In this document: positions 30,572 to 39,489 of the stretch, piece after piece
Numbering within the stretch: position 1 is the first letter of the stretch
Layout of the letters: the number at the start of each line of letters is the position of its first letter
IMG/VR virus record: IMGVR_UViG_3300034093_001920
Location: 1-56,076 of that record
DNA length: 56,076 nucleotides
Reading direction: 5' to 3' (one strand)
Source: a virus
Taxonomy: Duplodnaviria > Caudoviricetes
Notes under the pieces: model-generated
Told to the model about the DNA's origin: nothing
The model's input: only the letters and a program-made list of their open reading frames with translations
Database searches by the model: none
Position numbers and translations under genes: made by a program

Positions 30572-31063
30572 ATGCACATACTCGTAGAACTTAACGGCGT
30601 CCTTCGCAATCAAGATGATGCTCCGATTCCTGTCGGACAGATTATGGTTGGAACGCTTAGTGCTTTCCACAAGATTACTATTTTGTCGTTTATGGATGAA
30701 CGCGGAACAAAGCACTGGCTCGACTCCAACAAGATTGTCGACATGGATGACATCATTGACTCATCCGTAGGGCTTACGGACGAACACCTTACGGAGCGAC
30801 AAATCAAACTCGCTCGCAGCCGAGGGGCTGTTGACCTGTTCATTACGGGAGACCCGTCAATGTGGGCTTTTGCTTTTGAGATGGGGATTCCCTCGGTTAT
30901 GATGGGGCAACCGTCTTATCTTCGCCCCGAGTTTCGCCCTGATGCTCCAAAACGCTTGCGGGCATGGAATGACATTGAAGAAGCCATCCGTAAGGAAAAC
31001 ATCAAACGCACTAACGACGCCAGGCTCGTCCGCACAGATGAGGGTTTGAGGTTTGACGGATGA
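30572..31063 (+). CDS. HAD-like protein (degenerate motif I)
   Basis: 'ILVELNGVL' in place of hhhDxDGxL. Leaderless TAGGCT-N6-ATG. Confidence 0.55.
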   Translation: MHILVELNGVLRNQDDAPIPVGQIMVGTLSAFHKITILSFMDERGTKHWLDSNKIVDMDDIIDSSVGLTDEHLTERQIKLARSRGAVDLFITGDPSMWAFAFEMGIPSVMMGQPSYLRPEFRPDAPKRLRAWNDIEEAIRKENIKRTNDARLVRTDEGLRFDG

Positions 31064-32547
31064 TTATCTTTGGTGGAGTAGAGATTCCATCCAACAGGAC
31101 GCTACTTGAACGCTCTGGTGTACAGAATGTTATGCTCAACTACTGGGGTTTGCGTAAACGCGGGCTTCCTAAAACAAAAGCGTATCTAATTGGTGAGCAT
31201 TTCCTTACGGACATGAAAGTCTGGGTCGACTCTGGGTCTACACAGGCTGACAAAGCAACCCTATCGCCGCGCGAATTAGCGGAATACGCAGCCGACTATG
31301 AAGAGTTTATTGCGCTCAACTACGACCGCATTGAGGGCTTTACAGAGTTTGACTCCACATCGCTGGGGATGCCTGCCGTTATTCAGAATCGAGCTGTGTA
31401 TGAGAATGACCCGAAGCTGTGGGTAGTATGGAAAGAGTCTTACGGACAGCCTGTCCTACGGATGTGGGCTAACGAGTACTCCAACATCGCTATCCCCCAT
31501 GAAACAATTGAGTCGGTCACTACTCTGGCTGGGGTGACTCGGGGGCTGGCTCAGACTACTGGGGTTCGCTTCCATGCGCTCGCTACGGCTAAGCCTGATA
31601 ATTTACGCCAGATACCGTTTAGCACCACCAGCACGCTCTCATGGCTCTCTCCAATGCGCCGAGGAGAGACGATTATCTGGGACGGCAACAAGATTGTCCG
31701 TTATCCCAAGAAGATGAAGTCGCAAGCCCGCATTAGATACAAGAGCATTGTCGAAAAGGCTGGGCTGAATTACGAATTGTTTGTGTCGGATGACACCCTA
31801 GAAGCAACAAAGGTTGCTATCTGGTCTTACTTACAGTTAGAGAGAACCATGACAGACAACAATGACAACATTACCCCCATCAACAAGAACAAGTTAGTTG
31901 ACAATAGTGATGACACCCTATACACAGGTTTGATGGAAACAGGGTTGGGGTCTTCTGCTAACAGCGGTGTTGAGATGCGGAAAAAAGAACGGGCTGAGGT
32001 AGTCCAAAGAGACCCGCAAGAGGTAGTTGCTATGCCCGTAGTCGGCTACCAGATGAAAACGATTGTTGATTCGGACGGCTCTCACGATGTGCTCAAAGAT
32101 GTGCCTATCGTACAGTCCACGGCTAGTACTTTACGCCAATGTAATACCTGCTTTGTGGCTTCTAATTGCCCTGCTTTCAAAGAAGATAACACCTGTGCTT
32201 TCAGTCTTCCTATCGAGGTAAAGACTCGTGAACAATTACAGGCTTTGAACACGGCTCTCTTAGAGATGCAGGCTCAGAGAGTAATGTTTATGCGGTTTGC
32301 AGAGGAACTGAACGGTGGCTACGCCGACCCCAATGTGTCGCAAGAGATAGACCGATACCAGAAGATGTTGAAGAACATCAAGGAGTTAGACGAGTCCAAA
32401 GAGTTCATCCAGATTACGGCTCAACGCAACGCAAGTCAGGGCGTGCTTTCCGCTATCTTTGGAGACCGAGCAACGGTACTTCGGGAGATGGAACAGCCTT
32501 TGAATGAAGTCGAGACTACTCAAATCATTCGCGATTCCCTGGAATAA
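31060..32547 (+). CDS. TGT/DpdA-like barrel fused to a Cys-rich C-terminal domain
   Basis: V.VDSG, EFD, V.W, RFHAL, S..SW..R.GE pattern; C-terminal CxxC..C...C. Confidence 0.5.
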   Translation: MIIFGGVEIPSNRTLLERSGVQNVMLNYWGLRKRGLPKTKAYLIGEHFLTDMKVWVDSGSTQADKATLSPRELAEYAADYEEFIALNYDRIEGFTEFDSTSLGMPAVIQNRAVYENDPKLWVVWKESYGQPVLRMWANEYSNIAIPHETIESVTTLAGVTRGLAQTTGVRFHALATAKPDNLRQIPFSTTSTLSWLSPMRRGETIIWDGNKIVRYPKKMKSQARIRYKSIVEKAGLNYELFVSDDTLEATKVAIWSYLQLERTMTDNNDNITPINKNKLVDNSDDTLYTGLMETGLGSSANSGVEMRKKERAEVVQRDPQEVVAMPVVGYQMKTIVDSDGSHDVLKDVPIVQSTASTLRQCNTCFVASNCPAFKEDNTCAFSLPIEVKTREQLQALNTALLEMQAQRVMFMRFAEELNGGYADPNVSQEIDRYQKMLKNIKELDESKEFIQITAQRNASQGVLSAIFGDRATVLREMEQPLNEVETTQIIRDSLE

Positions 32548-32638
32548 CCCGCAGCGAAGTTAGTTGATAAGAGCCTACGGATAGGTTTGAATCCTTACGG
32601 ACAGAAAATCGACAGCCTTACGGATTGAAAAACGGCAT

Positions 32639-32686
32639 AAAAAAACCCCCATGCCATCCCGATTAGGGACAGCATGGGGGTTCTTG
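32639..32686. terminator. Bidirectional intrinsic terminator
   Basis: Stem 32644-32654/32672-32682 with an A-run on the left and TTCTT on the right, between convergent operons. Confidence 0.8.
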
Positions 32687-32708
32687 TATAGCATGAACGG
32701 TTATTTAG

Positions 32709-33077
32709 TTATAGCGAGTAGGGCGTGTTCTTGTTGTATGAGGGTAGTTTTCTTCCAGCCTCACGGATAGAGACCTCACGGATGGCAAGGGCAACCCTCT
32801 CGGATGTTTCTTTGGCTTCCGCAAAGATGCGAAGCCGAGTGTTGGGAGTACGCAACATTGTCTTTCGCTCCTCGGGCGTAGTACCGCCCCAGATGCCCCA
32901 CTTACGCAGGTCAGAGTCAGCCATGGCTGTCTCCAAGCAGTCAAACGCTATCGGGCATCCAGCGCAGATTCTCTTTGCTTTGTCAATTCCCTCGCGGTCG
33001 GTTGGGTCTGGGAAAAACAAGTCAGGGTCGCTGACTATGTTACAAGACGCGAGGTCTTGGTTTTCTGGGGTTAGCAT
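32709..33077 (-). CDS. whiB: WhiB-family transcription factor (second copy)
   Basis: C....PDLFFP...AKRICAGCPI..DC...GIWGGTT..ER. Confidence 0.92.
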   Translation of the reverse strand: MLTPENQDLASCNIVSDPDLFFPDPTDREGIDKAKRICAGCPIAFDCLETAMADSDLRKWGIWGGTTPEERKTMLRTPNTRLRIFAEAKETSERVALAIREVSIREAGRKLPSYNKNTPYSL

Positions 33078-33079
33078 GG

Positions 33080-33289
33080 CTACTCCTTGTATCCGTGTCG
33101 TTTCATTTCGGCTAGGACATTCCGTAGGCTACGGAAGTCCGATGGTGTTGACGGTGCGAACATTACTTCACCGTCAGGGGCAAACATCTTGAAGTGGCAC
33201 TTCTTGGTAAACTCAATCTGCCAACCCTGTTTCTCCGCCTTGGCGAAGAGGATGCGGAGTTCCTTACTGCTTACCTTGGGCTTACTCAT
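33080..33289 (-). CDS. HicA-like protein
   Basis: GW......H.K...PDG......TPSD....N....KR.G. Confidence 0.7.
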   Translation of the reverse strand: MSKPKVSSKELRILFAKAEKQGWQIEFTKKCHFKMFAPDGEVMFAPSTPSDFRSLRNVLAEMKRHGYKE

Positions 33290-33476
33290 ACTCGTCCGAT
33301 GAAACTGCCTCGGCTTCGGCAATCAGAATAGAACTAAACGCTTCGCCCATAGCCTCTTCGACTGTGCTACGGACAATCCGCCATTCGCTGTCGGACAACT
33401 TTCGCCCACCGAGCAGGTCTTCCTCAAACTCCAAACGAGTAAGTTCGTAGTCTAGGCTGAGAGTTTCTTCATCCAT
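33282..33476 (-). CDS. Small acidic protein
   Basis: AAGGAG SD, MDEETL start. Confidence 0.6.
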   Translation of the reverse strand: MDEETLSLDYELTRLEFEEDLLGGRKLSDSEWRIVRSTVEEAMGEAFSSILIAEAEAVSSDEYE

Positions 33477-33487
33477 TGTGTTTCTCC

Positions 33488-33598
33488 TTATTGGTTGATG
33501 AGGATAGTGATGTAAACGAGAGTCGCGAGGTGGGCAAGTACCGCTCCGAAGAACGCTCCCTGCCATCGGGCTTTGGACTTGTAGATGTTTTTAGTCAT
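33488..33598 (-). CDS. 36-aa single-TM peptide (not in ORF track)
   Basis: MTKNIYKSKARWQGAFFGAVLAHLATLVYITILINQ, ATGA coupling. Confidence 0.55.
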   Translation of the reverse strand: MTKNIYKSKARWQGAFFGAVLAHLATLVYITILINQ

Positions 33599-33798
33599 CC
33601 GTCGTATCCGTAAGAGTAGTCTTCGCCTGTGTGTTGATACTCACAAGCGTTACAGATAGTGACTATCGTTGCGTGGTAACGACCCACTACCTCTGTCCAC
33701 ACAGTACAGTACGCCAAGTCTTCACAACTGGGGCACTCCCACTCTGATTCTTCGGACATCCCCTCGTCTGGGGGGTCGATTGGTGCTTGTACACTCAT
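33595..33798 (-). CDS. Zinc-ribbon protein
   Basis: CPSC...CNAC. Confidence 0.6.
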   Translation of the reverse strand: MSVQAPIDPPDEGMSEESEWECPSCEDLAYCTVWTEVVGRYHATIVTICNACEYQHTGEDYSYGYDG

Positions 33799-33926
33799 TG
33801 GTTCTCCTTATGGCAGTCGCACACACATTGTGGCGAGTCGGAATGATACGGCGTTTCGACTGGACATCCCTCATGATGACCAGTCATACACCAACCTGTG
33901 GGAAGTATGCCCCTACTTTTGGACAT
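33795..33926 (-). CDS. Small Cys/His protein
   Basis: GWCMTGHH..C...CVCDCH. Confidence 0.5.
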   Translation of the reverse strand: MSKSRGILPTGWCMTGHHEGCPVETPYHSDSPQCVCDCHKENQ

Positions 33927-34158
33927 CAGCGGTAGTTCCACAGACGAGGCAAGCATCCTCGTAGATAGGGCAGTCCTCTTCGCAGGGTTCACACAACGCC
34001 CAACGGACATCCGACAGTTGTTGTCCGTCACGCTGACGGCTATGGATAAACGCATCCACAGCCCATGTACCAAACCCTTGCGAGATAAGGTAGCACAGGT
34101 CATCGAGGCTTACCTCGTTGCCCTGCTTGTCGTAGATGACATCCATTCCTTGTGCCAT
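33913..34158 (-). CDS. Small zinc-finger protein
   Basis: CEPC...CLVC. Confidence 0.55.
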   Translation of the reverse strand: MAQGMDVIYDKQGNEVSLDDLCYLISQGFGTWAVDAFIHSRQRDGQQLSDVRWALCEPCEEDCPIYEDACLVCGTTADVQK

Positions 34159-34403
34159 TACTGCACCTCTCCCTCAACGATGACCGCGTAGTACAAGTCG
34201 TTTGGGTTGTTTGCCAAGTCAAAGTGACATCCCCACTTTTCGCACATTGACTTTGCGCCAGCGAAAGTCTTGTAATAGTTGTAGTTACGGATAGCGTGAC
34301 TTTCCTGACGGATGATTACGGCACAGAACTTCTTGTCATCGTCCCATCCCGTGAAATCGTTTTCCGTTCCATCCAACTTCTGAACGGTGTATTTGATTGC
34401 CAT
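34158..34403 (-). CDS. Hypothetical protein
   Basis: MAIKY start with GAGGAG SD. Confidence 0.55.
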   Translation of the reverse strand: MAIKYTVQKLDGTENDFTGWDDDKKFCAVIIRQESHAIRNYNYYKTFAGAKSMCEKWGCHFDLANNPNDLYYAVIVEGEVQ

Positions 34404-34405
34404 GT

Positions 34406-34687
34406 TTATCTCCTCTCGTACTGCCACATTACGGCATTACAGTAGTTATGTACAGCCCCCTCGGTCATTCCTGACTCGTGGCTGTGTTGTAGGTGAACTG
34501 GGTAGTCCATGAACTTTGGCGGAAACAAGTTCCAGTTTATGGGCTTATCGGTAATCCGCTTGGGGGCTGTCCAGTCGAGCGTTTCCTCACAGTAGAAACA
34601 CTTGCCCTGTTGGACACGGATGTATTCCTCACGGACAGCCCTGCGCTCTTGCCAAGTGAGCGTGGTGTAATCGACAGGTAGTTCCAT
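34406..34687 (-). CDS. Endonuclease VII-like protein
   Basis: Q.GKCFYC...VHLQHSH..GM..G..H..CN. Confidence 0.6.
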   Translation of the reverse strand: MELPVDYTTLTWQERRAVREEYIRVQQGKCFYCEETLDWTAPKRITDKPINWNLFPPKFMDYPVHLQHSHESGMTEGAVHNYCNAVMWQYERR

Positions 34688-34760
34688 TACTCTGTCTCCA
34701 TGTCGCAGAAGTAACAGGATGTTCCTTCTCCGTAACATTCGTCTGTCATCTCGTGCATGG

Positions 34761-34952
34761 TTACTTCTCTTCCAGGATTGAGTAGGTTGCGGTTGTCGCA
34801 TCGTCTCCGATGTAGTACAACTCAATGTAGTCTTCGACCGCGAGTCGTGCGAGGCTCTCACTCTCTGCCTCAACAGCGTACTCGAAGTCATCCGACAGGG
34901 GATACCACCCCTCGGGATACTGGATGTGTACTTGCGCTGTCCAGTTACTCAC
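34761..34952 (-). CDS. Small acidic protein, VEAxS family
   Basis: VEAESESLA. Confidence 0.55.
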   Translation of the reverse strand: MSNWTAQVHIQYPEGWYPLSDDFEYAVEAESESLARLAVEDYIELYYIGDDATTATYSILEEK

Positions 34953-35188
34953 AGGCGGATGCCCAGTCTTTCGGCTGTCTTCGCCAAGTCCAGATTGTTT
35001 CCGCCCTGCTTGGCAACCATGTCAATCAGCCACGACCGTTCATCGAGGCAAGACTGGTGCGCCCAGATGTTGTCATCTTCCATAAAGAAAGTTTCGACAT
35101 CAGCACTACCGTCATCAAGTTCTCCGAACTCGTAACCGCAGATGTCGCACCATTCTTCTTCGGGCTTGCGTTGGATTTTCTTAGTCAT
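34949..35188 (-). CDS. Small zinc-binding protein
   Basis: CDIC...H..C, AGGAG SD. Confidence 0.55.
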   Translation of the reverse strand: MTKKIQRKPEEEWCDICGYEFGELDDGSADVETFFMEDDNIWAHQSCLDERSWLIDMVAKQGGNNLDLAKTAERLGIRL

Positions 35189-35196
35189 TAGTTCTC

Positions 35197-35364
35197 CTAG
35201 TCTTCGTAAGGGTCGGCGTAGTCAACGGTAAACTCTCCACCATCGTGGCTGAACTCGGACATCTCGCAGTTGCGAGCGATGTCGAGGGCATCATCTCGGT
35301 CTTCCGCCTCGACCAACATAGTGTAGTTCTTGATTTCACTTGCGGTGATAAGCCACTTGCTCAT
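35197..35364 (-). CDS. 55-aa acidic protein, VEAxS family (not in ORF track)
   Basis: MSKWLIT...VEAEDRDDALDIA. Confidence 0.6.
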   Translation of the reverse strand: MSKWLITASEIKNYTMLVEAEDRDDALDIARNCEMSEFSHDGGEFTVDYADPYED

Positions 35365-35528
35365 TTGGTCTCCTCAACATCAAAGTCCCACTTGTGGGTT
35401 CTGGCGTACTGGTCAAAGTCATCGGCAATCCAGCCGTCAAGGCTCTCGTGAGCCTCTTGTGCGCTGTCTGCCTCGACCTCAATCTCGTACAGGCTTGTTC
35501 GGGTCGCGGTGATAAGGTACTTGGTCAT
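35361..35528 (-). CDS. 55-aa acidic protein, VEAxS family (not in ORF track)
   Basis: MTKYLIT...VEADSAQEA. Confidence 0.6.
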   Translation of the reverse strand: MTKYLITATRTSLYEIEVEADSAQEAHESLDGWIADDFDQYARTHKWDFDVEETK

Positions 35529-35737
35529 TCGTCTTTCTCCTCTTCCTCGGGGCGGATGTCAATGGTCTCGTAGTGCCGACCCTCGGTGGTGAGCGATACA
35601 ACACCCTCGATGTCGTGAGCCTCACCGATGTAGGCAATAGCCTCGTCGGCAAGCATCACGGCATCGCTTTTGCTGGGGGCAGTCACAACAACAGTATGTT
35701 CGACTACCTCTTGTACGACAATGGTGTAATCGGTCAT
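35525..35737 (-). CDS. Small acidic protein, VEAxS family
   Basis: MTDYTIV...VTAPSKSDA. Confidence 0.55.
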   Translation of the reverse strand: MTDYTIVVQEVVEHTVVVTAPSKSDAVMLADEAIAYIGEAHDIEGVVSLTTEGRHYETIDIRPEEEEKDE

Positions 35738-35910
35738 TCCATGTCCTCCTTTATCTCGTCTTCGGTCTCAAAGGGAATCAAACGGCTGTTCTCCAACCGC
35801 TTGTTCAGGATGATGACGATGTTGCCGTCAGACTCCTCGTCAATCATGTAGTGCGGTGCGTATTTAGCCACCTCGGTGAGCAGGTCGCTCAATAATGGTT
35901 GCTTGTCCAT
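35734..35910 (-). CDS. Hypothetical protein
   Basis: MDKQPLL start, coupled. Confidence 0.5.
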   Translation of the reverse strand: MDKQPLLSDLLTEVAKYAPHYMIDEESDGNIVIILNKRLENSRLIPFETEDEIKEDME

Positions 35911-36044
35911 TAGAACCTTTCTTCCAACGCGCTGGCGTTGGGGTTGTCGTAGTAGAACTTCATTACACAGGTGTCGCACAAGTCAAAGATGTGACTGTGG
36001 ATAGTTGCCCCACAATCGGGGCATTGGTAGTGCTCGGTCAGCAT
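35910..36044 (-). CDS. 44-aa zinc-ribbon peptide (not in ORF track)
   Basis: CPDC...CDTC, AAGGAG SD. Confidence 0.5.
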   Translation of the reverse strand: MLTEHYQCPDCGATIHSHIFDLCDTCVMKFYYDNPNASALEERF

Positions 36045-36052
36045 GACACTCC

Positions 36053-36325
36053 TTACGGACGGGCTATGGATAAGTTCGTCCGTAAGACAGGGATGCTCGC
36101 CGCCGACATTCTCACGCTTGCTTCGAGCATGATACTTGCTACGGATACTCGAAGTACATCAGCAATCGACTCAATAATCTCTTCCGATGTGGATGTGACT
36201 CCGCGCTCGGTGTCGGAGATAGTGGCGATAGAGATGTACCCAAAGTTAGATACATCCGTGAGGGTCAATCCGTGAGACTGTCTAATCTCACGGATGACCT
36301 GTCCTACATAGTCGCGGAACTTCAC
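36053..36325 (-). CDS. XRE/Cro-like HTH regulator
   Basis: G..IREIR...GLTL.DVS....IS..TISD.ERG. Confidence 0.85.
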   Translation of the reverse strand: MKFRDYVGQVIREIRQSHGLTLTDVSNFGYISIATISDTERGVTSTSEEIIESIADVLRVSVASIMLEASVRMSAASIPVLRTNLSIARP

Positions 36326-36453
36326 TTGTTTTCCTCGAACTCGCGCTGTTGCTGTTCGAGGTTTGCCTGACCCATGGCGGTGATGAGGTCGGTCAGCGAA
36401 CCAATCGACTTGTCAAACTCACCCCATGAGTCGAACTTGATTTCTATGGTCAT
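36322..36453 (-). CDS. Small hypothetical protein
   Basis: MTIEIKF start. Confidence 0.45.
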   Translation of the reverse strand: MTIEIKFDSWGEFDKSIGSLTDLITAMGQANLEQQQREFEENK

Positions 36454-36463
36454 GTTATTCCCC

Positions 36464-36958
36464 TTATTTTGTCCAGATGTAATCGTACTGCGTAGGTGCG
36501 ACACCGTTGTCTTCTTCCCAGTCAAACTGACTATACCACTCGTACTTCTTAGTGAGCAGAGCGACACGGTGTGATGATGCGAGGGCATCGTAGATAGGCT
36601 CGTACATCCAGTCTGGCAGGTCGGCAGTACCGTTCTCCCAGACCAAGCCAAGGTCAATGGCGCGGTCGTAGGTTGCCATAGCCTTGTCAGCGATAGTGGA
36701 CTTGTATCCACGGCGTTTCCACTCAACGACCATTTCTACAATGTAGTTGAGCAGACCCGACTCGTGCCCTCGCCACATCTTGACGGCAGGATGATTGACC
36801 CAGCCCTTGGGCTGACGGTGGTTGCCAGCAGGGTCTAGTTCGAGCAGGGTCATCATAATCTGCCAACCCTCTAACGCCTGCTTGTTGAGGCGTTGGTTGT
36901 CCAGCACACGAGCGACCTCTGCGAAGTCGTGCGTGGCATACGGCAGGAATGTCTGAAT
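36464..36958 (-). CDS. Pyrimidine-dimer DNA glycosylase (MSMEG_6728/DenV-like), ATT start
   Basis: (I)QTFLPY...LD..RL.KQ..E..QI...GW.NHPA.KMW.G. Confidence 0.85.
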   Translation of the reverse strand: MQTFLPYATHDFAEVARVLDNQRLNKQALEGWQIMMTLLELDPAGNHRQPKGWVNHPAVKMWRGHESGLLNYIVEMVVEWKRRGYKSTIADKAMATYDRAIDLGLVWENGTADLPDWMYEPIYDALASSHRVALLTKKYEWYSQFDWEEDNGVAPTQYDYIWTK

Positions 36959-36967
36959 GGTGTTCTC

Positions 36968-37258
36968 CTATCGCTTGTCAATGATGTTGTAGGCTTTGGT
37001 CAGGCTTTCATCGTAGTAATCAAGGATTGACTCCATGACTTCTAACTTCATGTTGACTCGAAGTTTGCCTATTCCCTGTGACTCCACGGTGATGCCACCG
37101 CTGTTCACATAGCCTGTAATGGGGTCGAGTACCTCGTTGATGCCCAAAGGCACAGCGACTCGCGTTCGGAACGCAAGAACTCTCTCGTCATCCAACTCGA
37201 TGTCGTTGGCGTAGTTCTCCTCGAATGAAGGGAACTCGGTGCGCGTTTCTTCCGCCAT
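36968..37258 (-). CDS. Hypothetical protein
   Basis: Coupled ORF. Confidence 0.55.
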   Translation of the reverse strand: MAEETRTEFPSFEENYANDIELDDERVLAFRTRVAVPLGINEVLDPITGYVNSGGITVESQGIGKLRVNMKLEVMESILDYYDESLTKAYNIIDKR

Positions 37259-37506
37259 TAGTTTGTGTTGGACTGGTCTTCGAGCAGGCTCAACAGGTAG
37301 TCGTTGCCTGCGATGATAGCACCGTCAAGGTTCTGCCCAAAGGTTTCAGCCACCGCTTCCCACAGTTCTTCTGCTCGGCTGTCGGATACAGGCTCATCCA
37401 ACAGGTTGTTTACATCGTCCTTTGACCACCAAGTGACTACGATTCTGTCCGTAAGCGCATGGTTCTTTGTCAGTCCAGCGATGAGTGATTCGATTGAGGT
37501 TTCCAT
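37258..37506 (-). CDS. Hypothetical protein
   Basis: AAGGAG SD. Confidence 0.55.
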   Translation of the reverse strand: METSIESLIAGLTKNHALTDRIVVTWWSKDDVNNLLDEPVSDSRAEELWEAVAETFGQNLDGAIIAGNDYLLSLLEDQSNTN

Positions 37507-37626
37507 TTACTGCTCCTTTGTTTCATTGGTCATGTCTCCCCACGCCTCACACTCTTCCATACAGCATGGACAGTACGAGTCGTAGATGTGTTCGCAACAA
37601 GCGTGCTTGGTTTCCATTGTCATCTC

Positions 37627-37854
37627 CTAGTCAATCTCTCGGATGATTGTGAACTCCGAGCAGTCGTTGTCTTTGTCAAAGGCATCGAGGAACTCCTGCT
37701 CGTTCATAAAGTAGTACATGATGCGCGCATCAAAGTCCTCGTCTGCGCTCATGCGGTAATACTCTTCCGCGCTGTTCACGATACAAACGGTGGCGGTCTC
37801 CGAGGGGAATGTCTCCGCATCTTTCCAGCGGTATTCGATGTCGGTGGTACGCAT
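37627..37854 (-). CDS. Hypothetical acidic protein
   Basis: Coupled ORF. Confidence 0.55.
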   Translation of the reverse strand: MRTTDIEYRWKDAETFPSETATVCIVNSAEEYYRMSADEDFDARIMYYFMNEQEFLDAFDKDNDCSEFTIIREID

Positions 37855-38069
37855 TAGTCAGCCTTACGGATGATGTGGGTCAGGGTGTCCGTAAGGTTGC
37901 GGAGAGTCTCTACAACTCCGTCGGATTCATCCAGAAAGACCCACTCACCGAGGTCATCATCCCAAGTGTCGTGCTGAAACCGCGCCTCGGCGGTGTCGCT
38001 GTCCACATAGAACTTGCCGTCCGTGTGGTCGTACTTTACAACGAAGTATGTTTCCAAGTTGCTTGACAT
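37854..38069 (-). CDS. Hypothetical acidic protein
   Basis: GAGGAG SD. Confidence 0.55.
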   Translation of the reverse strand: MSSNLETYFVVKYDHTDGKFYVDSDTAEARFQHDTWDDDLGEWVFLDESDGVVETLRNLTDTLTHIIRKAD

Positions 38070-38252
38070 TTACTTCTCCTCTGCTTTGTACTCGTTCATG
38101 AAACGGAGTACGAACTGATACGCCATATACGCTCCTTGCGCGTAAGCATAGTCGTACTCCATACCTGCCTCTTCGGACTCCGCCATGTCGGTGGCAAAGC
38201 CGTCTGCTTGTTGCGTGAGGAAGTCACGCAACTCTTGTTCGGTGTATCGCAT
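38070..38252 (-). CDS. Hypothetical protein
   Basis: AGGAG SD. Confidence 0.55.
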   Translation of the reverse strand: MRYTEQELRDFLTQQADGFATDMAESEEAGMEYDYAYAQGAYMAYQFVLRFMNEYKAEEK

Positions 38253-38923
38253 TACTTGTTCTCCTGTTCGGTTGGTTGGTCAGGCGCAATCTTGATGAGA
38301 GGCTCGTGGCTATTGTCCTCTCGGGGGCAGTCATCGTACCAGTCTTCTTCATCGAGCCAGTCGCAGTTACAGGTACGACCGCGCTCCTCGAAGTCGGCGT
38401 GGGATTCAGGGATGTCGTAAGACTCACTCTCAACGATGCCGTCTCGGTCAATCTCAAACTCTCCACCAAAGCCCTGCTCCTCTTCCCACGCCCAAGTAAA
38501 CGAGAGGCTGGGGAACTTTGTGGGGAGTGCTTCCATGATTCCAATGGGAACGCCCCACGGAGTCTCAAAGCGAACTACGGCGTAGGTGTCATCGTCTCGC
38601 TCTATCTCGGCGTTGTTGGCATCCCACTTACATCCCCAGTTTGTGTTGTTCCAGTTGTACCAGTTGTTGTCGGGCTTTTCGGAGTCGGCAACCGACCAAT
38701 ACTCTTTCCACAGGCTCTTCTTGGGAGAGAGAATGTTCCAGAACGAGAAATCGGTTTTGGTGTATTCGAGAACATGAATGAGGTTCTCCTTACGGACAGA
38801 GGGGGGCAGATTCTCATCCTGTTTGACATACGGAATCTCTGCGGTGGTCTTGGCGATGAACTTGTCCAGTTGAGCCTTGGTCTTGGCGTGGACATGGACT
38901 TGGTTGTAAACCCAGTTAGGCAT
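38252..38923 (-). CDS. DUF1281/YubB ferredoxin-like domain protein
   Basis: MPNW..N, WYNW...NWGCKWD, FETPW..P, EE.GF.G. Confidence 0.8.
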   Translation of the reverse strand: MPNWVYNQVHVHAKTKAQLDKFIAKTTAEIPYVKQDENLPPSVRKENLIHVLEYTKTDFSFWNILSPKKSLWKEYWSVADSEKPDNNWYNWNNTNWGCKWDANNAEIERDDDTYAVVRFETPWGVPIGIMEALPTKFPSLSFTWAWEEEQGFGGEFEIDRDGIVESESYDIPESHADFEERGRTCNCDWLDEEDWYDDCPREDNSHEPLIKIAPDQPTEQENK

Positions 38924-39080
38924 TACTCTGCCTCGCATCCACCGCAGAGGTAGTCTCCGCCGTATGGGTTGCCAATGAATGTTCCATGCTTACAGCGGTA
39001 ATCGCTGTTGGTGAGGTCATCCTCGTCAAACAATGGGTCGTTGTACATGGTTTTTCCTTTCTGTTGGACGAGCCTGTCCG

Positions 39081-39479
39081 TTAGGACAGTCCGTCAATAA
39101 TCTGACGCAGTTCTTCGATGAGTTCCTGATGTTTCTCAATGATGATGAGCAGGATGCTGGCAGGGATTCCCACCACAGGGTCATCCCTACGGATGACTGC
39201 GATGCGGTCGAGTTGTTCTTTGGTCAGGATGTCTTTGAGCGACTCACGAATACGCGCAGTAACCTCTTCTACCTTGCGCTTGCGCTCCTCTTCGCGTTTG
39301 CGGTCATCCGCCTCGCCTAGTTCATCCTCAACGGTGCGAGGCACAGGCATCTCATAAGGCTTGCTCGGCACGCGACTGGTTTTCCAACCGCTGTTCTTGT
39401 GTGGGTACTCCCATGTACATTGACCAGTTTTGAGGTAAACCTCGTCCTGTTGACCGCAGTAGGGGCAGTTGGGGTACAT
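39081..39479 (-). CDS. Hypothetical protein (zinc finger + coiled coil)
   Basis: MYPNCPYC start, AAGGAG SD. Confidence 0.55.
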   Translation of the reverse strand: MYPNCPYCGQQDEVYLKTGQCTWEYPHKNSGWKTSRVPSKPYEMPVPRTVEDELGEADDRKREEERKRKVEEVTARIRESLKDILTKEQLDRIAVIRRDDPVVGIPASILLIIIEKHQELIEELRQIIDGLS

Positions 39480-39489
39480 TGGGTTCTCC

